10,720 nt of DNA from NCBI GenBank assembly GCA_963802945.1, contig CAWDKY010000067.1:1-10720 (forward strand), written 5' to 3'. This document shows, one piece after another, positions 7,586 to 10,720 of this stretch (within the stretch, counting starts at the first letter, position 1; each line of letters starts with the position of its first letter). Under the pieces are notes generated by a model. The model searched no databases and was not told the origin of the DNA. It worked only from the letters and a program-made list of their open reading frames with translations. The position numbers were made by a program, and so were the translations under genes. Source of the DNA: an uncultured delta proteobacterium. Lineage in GTDB: Bacteria; Desulfobacterota; RBG-13-43-22.

Positions 7586-7586
7586 G

Positions 7587-7613
7587 GTTAACCAATTTTA
7601 AAGAAAAGTTAAC
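7587..7613. promoter_or_regulatory. BirA-type biotin operator
   Basis: GTTAAC (7587-7592)-N15-GTTAAC (7608-7613) matches the core of the BirA box (TGTtAAC-N14-16-GTTaACA). It covers the predicted transcription start and ends just before the bioB SD. Confidence 0.75.
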
Positions 7614-7629
7614 TATCGGGAGATTTGTT

Positions 7630-8646
7630 TTGAAAAACATCGTATCATTTTTCGGAGAAAAAGTATTGGGCGGAGAGGCGTTAACCCAGGCTATGGCCGG
7701 TCAGTTGGGTGAGATGAAGGAGCCGGAGGCGATATTTGATCTTATTTACTGGGCCAATAAAATACGGCAGAAATTTAAAGGGGAGACCATTGATCTTTGT
7801 GCCATAGTCAACGCCAAATCCGGCCGCTGTTCCGAAGATTGTGCCTTTTGTGCCCAATCCTCCTGGTATCCTACTGAGGCTCCGAATTATCCTCTATTAG
7901 AGACCGACGAATTACTGGCTTCGGCCCATAAAGCCTTTGAGAACAAAGCCGGACGCTTTGGCATCGTTACCAGCGGACGCTCCCTGTCCAGTCCCACAGA
8001 ATTGGACCGGGTTTGTCGGGTGATTTCTATACTTTCTACAGAAGGACAAATCAACCCCTGTGCTTCTTTGGGTCTGCTGACTCCGGATATGGTTAAGGCC
8101 TTAAAACTGGCCGGGCTAACATCCTATCATCACAACATCGAAACCTCCCCCAGCTTTTATCCTTCCATCTGCACTACCCATTCTTTTGAGGCTCGGGTCA
8201 AGACCATTCAGGTGGCTAAAGAAGAAGGGTTGCGTGTCTGTTCCGGGGGAATATTCGGCCTGGGAGAAACTATGGAACAGCGTCTGGAGATGGCTTTTAC
8301 CTTAAGGGAGTTAGGGGTCGATTCAATTCCTCTGAATTTTTTAAATGCAATTCCCGGCACACCTCTTGAGGGCCTTCCTTCTTTGCCTCCACTGGAACTT
8401 TTAAAGGTTATAGCTCTTTTTCGTTTTATCCTTCCCCAAGCAGATATTCGAACCTGTGGCGGAAGGGAAAAAGGACTCCGTACTTTGCAGCCTCTAATGT
8501 ATATGGCCGGATGTAATGGGACGATGATTGGGAATTATCTGACAACCGAGGGAAGAAACCCCAAGGTGGATATTCAGGAGATAAGGGATTTAGGATTGGT
8601 TCCAAGTGTAGAATGCGAGAATAAAAAAACACACCAAGCAAGATAA
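7630..8646 (+). CDS. bioB: Biotin synthase (radical SAM), probably type II
   Basis: NAKSGRCSEDCAFCAQS (CxxxCxxC), CASLG, YHHNIETS, VCSGGIFGLGE, SIPLNFL, PGTPL, GGRE and GNYLTT. TTG start with GGGAG SD at 7618-7622. Upstream BirA-like operator. Confidence 0.95.
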   Translation: MKNIVSFFGEKVLGGEALTQAMAGQLGEMKEPEAIFDLIYWANKIRQKFKGETIDLCAIVNAKSGRCSEDCAFCAQSSWYPTEAPNYPLLETDELLASAHKAFENKAGRFGIVTSGRSLSSPTELDRVCRVISILSTEGQINPCASLGLLTPDMVKALKLAGLTSYHHNIETSPSFYPSICTTHSFEARVKTIQVAKEEGLRVCSGGIFGLGETMEQRLEMAFTLRELGVDSIPLNFLNAIPGTPLEGLPSLPPLELLKVIALFRFILPQADIRTCGGREKGLRTLQPLMYMAGCNGTMIGNYLTTEGRNPKVDIQEIRDLGLVPSVECENKKTHQAR

Positions 8647-8688
8647 AAGGTGCAGGATGAAGGAATAAAAAATTGAGGATCAATGCCA

Positions 8689-8709
8689 ATTCGCTATTCG
8701 ATATTCCTT
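8689..8709. repeat. Three-copy heptamer array
   Basis: ATTCGCT ATTCGAT ATTCCTT, partly complementary to GGTG...AAGGAATA...AATTG at 8649-8675. Confidence 0.4.
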
Positions 8710-8753
8710 TTCACCACAATTGGGAACCCGTTTCACTGACCTTATTTTTATCC

Positions 8754-8782
8754 TTGACCACCTTTCTTTCCTAATTTATACT
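8754..8782 (+). promoter_or_regulatory. Sigma70 promoter of the response regulator gene
   Basis: TTGACC (8754-8759), a 17-nt spacer, then TATACT (8777-8782), 24 nt before the ATG at 8807. Confidence 0.7.
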
Positions 8783-8806
8783 TCTTTCATCAAAAAGGAG
8801 CATCCT

Positions 8807-9364
8807 ATGCCGCACAAAATTCTTCTTGTCGACGATGAACCTCACGTTACCGAAGCATTGAAGAGAACCCTTCATAGGGAGCCATTCGAGATCTTGAGTG
8901 CCGGTTCCGCCAATGAAGCGCTCCAGATTCTGGCTCGTGAGACCATAGCCGTTGTCATCTCCGACGAAATGATGCCGGGTATGTCGGGGTCCGAGTTTCT
9001 TGCTGTGGTGTACCGTAACTATCCGGAAACCATCAGAATCATGCTGACTGGGCATGCAAACTTGAATGTGGCGGTACGTGCTATCAACGAAGGACACATT
9101 TATCGTTTCTTGATGAAACCGTGTAACGAACAGGAAATCCGCCTTACCATTCGCCAAGCGATTCAACAGAAAGAACTGGCTGAAAAGAGCCGACAGCTTT
9201 TAAGAAAGGTCAAACAGCAGAATTTGATCTTACAGAGAATGGAAAAGGAATATCCTGGGATTGCCAAAGTAGAGAGAGATTCCACCGGGGCGATTATTGT
9301 TGACGACTTTGGATCTGATTTAGATAGACTTATCCAACAAATTAAGGAAGAATTGGACATCTGA
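8807..9364 (+). CDS. Response regulator: receiver domain (HupR-like) plus a short helical tail, no recognisable DNA-binding domain
   Basis: ILLVDDE, phosphoacceptor in VVISDEMMPGMSG, IMLTG, AINEGHIYRFLMKP. Start moved from 8720 to ATG 8807 because of the AAGGAG SD at 8795-8800, giving 185 aa. Confidence 0.88.
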   Translation: MPHKILLVDDEPHVTEALKRTLHREPFEILSAGSANEALQILARETIAVVISDEMMPGMSGSEFLAVVYRNYPETIRIMLTGHANLNVAVRAINEGHIYRFLMKPCNEQEIRLTIRQAIQQKELAEKSRQLLRKVKQQNLILQRMEKEYPGIAKVERDSTGAIIVDDFGSDLDRLIQQIKEELDI

Positions 9365-9420
9365 TCCGGCAACAGAGTCCAGGGCCCTTAAGGCAGCTCA
9401 TTGTTTCTCGATGTAACCGC

Positions 9421-10614
9421 CTATAATTGTTCTACTAAAGCCACCATCTCACGTACGGCCTGATCCAGTCCCACATACACGGCCCGGGCAATAATACTGT
9501 GGCCGATACTGTATTCTGTGATGTCTTCCAATCCCTGAAACCGCTTGAGGTTAACGTAATTGAGCCCGTGACCGGCACTGACTTTCAAGCCTAATTGGAC
9601 TCCCAGCTGCGCCCCGTTGACAATCCGCTCAAAAAGCCGCAAAACCTCTTTTTCCGTTTTGGCCTCGGCATAATGGCCGGTATGCAGTTCGATGATCTCG
9701 GCCCCTACCTCCTTGGAGGCCCGAATTTGCTCCGGAACGGCATCCACGAACAGACTGACGGCTATTTTGCCTCGGTGCAGCCGTTTGATGGTTTCCTTCA
9801 ATCCTTTCTGCTGTCCTTGGACATCGAGTCCTCCTTCGGTGGTCAATTCCTGCCTTTTTTCCGGCACCAGGGTAACCATCGGCGGGCGGACTTTCAAGGC
9901 GATCCGAATGATTTCTTCCGCTGCAGCCATTTCCAGGTTTAATTTGGTTTTGACGGTTTCTTTCAAAATAAAAAGATCGCGGTCTTGAATATGTCTTCGA
10001 TCTTCACGCAGGTGAACAATGATCCCTTCAGCTCCGGCCAGCTCGGCTATGCCGGCGGCCATAACCGGGTCGGGTTCATCAATCTTTCTGGCCTGGCGTA
10101 TGGTGGCGACGTGATCCACATTGACGGCCAAACGGGGGATTTGCATCCTTGTTTCCTCCTTTTTGTTGGTTTCGATACGGGTCATGATTTCCTCGGCCTT
10201 GGATTCCATCCGCCGGGCCTCCAACGCCGAGCCTTCGTGATCATAACCGGATAAATGTAATAACCCATGAATCAATAAGAATTGAAGGCGTTCGTTTAGC
10301 GTTATCCCGGCTTCCTGAGCCTCCCGCCCGGCGGTTTCGGTGGAAATAACCACATCCCCCCAGAGTTGGGGATTGATCTCCGGAAACAGGCCTTCTTTCA
10401 TGGGAAAGGCCAGGACATTGGTCGGACCTTCTCGGCCCAGATATCTCCTGTTATAGCGAGACATCTCCCGGTCCTCAACCAAGAGAAGACTGACTTCCCC
10501 TTTAGGTGTTCCCCAGGCCTTTGAGGTCTGCAGACTGATTTTCCGAATCTCTGCCGGGTCTATCAGAGTCTGCCGGTTGTTTATCTGTATCTCCATTTGG
10601 TTTTTTCTTGGCAC
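9421..10614 (-). CDS. ybeY-pdxJ: YbeY endoribonuclease - PdxJ pyridoxine 5'-phosphate synthase in-frame fusion
   Basis: Residues ~7-150 are YbeY (PTNVLAF, GDVVIS, HGLLHLSGYDH). Residues 157-397 are PdxJ (LAVNVDHVATIRQAR, VHLREDRRHI, LNLEMA, VTLVPEKRQELTTEGGLDV, IELHTG, AGHGLNY, IGHSII). No stop codon lies between them. The start is either GTG 10614 or ATG 10596. Confidence 0.9.
   Translation of the reverse strand: MPRKNQMEIQINNRQTLIDPAEIRKISLQTSKAWGTPKGEVSLLLVEDREMSRYNRRYLGREGPTNVLAFPMKEGLFPEINPQLWGDVVISTETAGREAQEAGITLNERLQFLLIHGLLHLSGYDHEGSALEARRMESKAEEIMTRIETNKKEETRMQIPRLAVNVDHVATIRQARKIDEPDPVMAAGIAELAGAEGIIVHLREDRRHIQDRDLFILKETVKTKLNLEMAAAEEIIRIALKVRPPMVTLVPEKRQELTTEGGLDVQGQQKGLKETIKRLHRGKIAVSLFVDAVPEQIRASKEVGAEIIELHTGHYAEAKTEKEVLRLFERIVNGAQLGVQLGLKVSAGHGLNYVNLKRFQGLEDITEYSIGHSIIARAVYVGLDQAVREMVALVEQL
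10144..10160 (-). promoter_or_regulatory. Internal ribosome-binding site and in-frame ATG for stand-alone PdxJ (9421..10146, 241 aa)
   Basis: Minus strand reads AAAAAGGAGGAAACAAGGATG: AGGAGG (10160-10155), 8 nt, then ATG (10146-10144) at the PdxJ domain boundary. Confidence 0.8.
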
Positions 10615-10720
10615 TCCCGCTTTTGATGCTGGCTTCAGGGTATTCGATCCGATGATGGAAAATCCCGTTTAAAATTTGATTAAAACTGGCGGCTATCAGA
10701 GAAAGATCTTTCAAGGTCAG
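10502..10720 (-). CDS. C-terminal end of an HD-family (7TM-HDIG, PgpH-like) phosphohydrolase; 5' part lies outside the window
   Basis: The frame is open to the window edge and reads LTLKDLSLIAASFNQILNGIFHHRIEYP, resembling the conserved C-terminus (H-x-R-I-x-YP) of PgpH-like proteins. These genes commonly precede ybeY. Confidence 0.7.
   Translation of the reverse strand: MTLKDLSLIAASFNQILNGIFHHRIEYPEASIKSGSAKKKPNGDTDKQPADSDRPGRDSENQSADLKGLGNT

Noticed and set aside
8720-8806. N-terminal extension of the response regulator in the ORF track
   Set aside because: It spans the gene's own promoter, and the SD supports ATG 8807.
1209-10254. Remaining short ORFs nested in or antisense to the called genes (e.g. 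1209..1559, 3071..3427, 8771..9166, 9595..9942)
   Set aside because: They are shadow frames of well-supported genes with no domain signatures.

Overview
Mostly core-genome DNA. Gene content and order suggest an anaerobic Gram-negative bacterium, probably Desulfobacterota/Deltaproteobacteria (inference). From left to right: tRNA-Ser(GCT); a minus-strand trxA-trxB-bamD operon; a divergent cluster of an AlaC-like aminotransferase, hom, an ApgM-like protein, a hot-dog thioesterase and an NTF2-like protein; a bioB with a sigma70 promoter and a BirA-type operator; an orphan receiver-domain response regulator; and, on the minus strand, the 3' end of a PgpH-like HD phosphohydrolase followed by one ORF that fuses YbeY to PdxJ. 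Four observations stand out. (1) The YbeY-PdxJ in-frame fusion keeps a perfect internal AGGAGG-N8-ATG start for PdxJ. (2) Several intergenic arrays of degenerate 7-nt (and 8-nt) repeats occur with different consensus sequences, and two of them are arranged as long inverted hairpins. (3) BioB has a cysteine pattern that fits the type II (auxiliary 4Fe-5S) class. (4) The ApgM-like gene next to hom is a candidate alternative homoserine kinase. I saw no mobile element, CRISPR array or defence system. All assignments come from motif recognition by eye; no searches were run.
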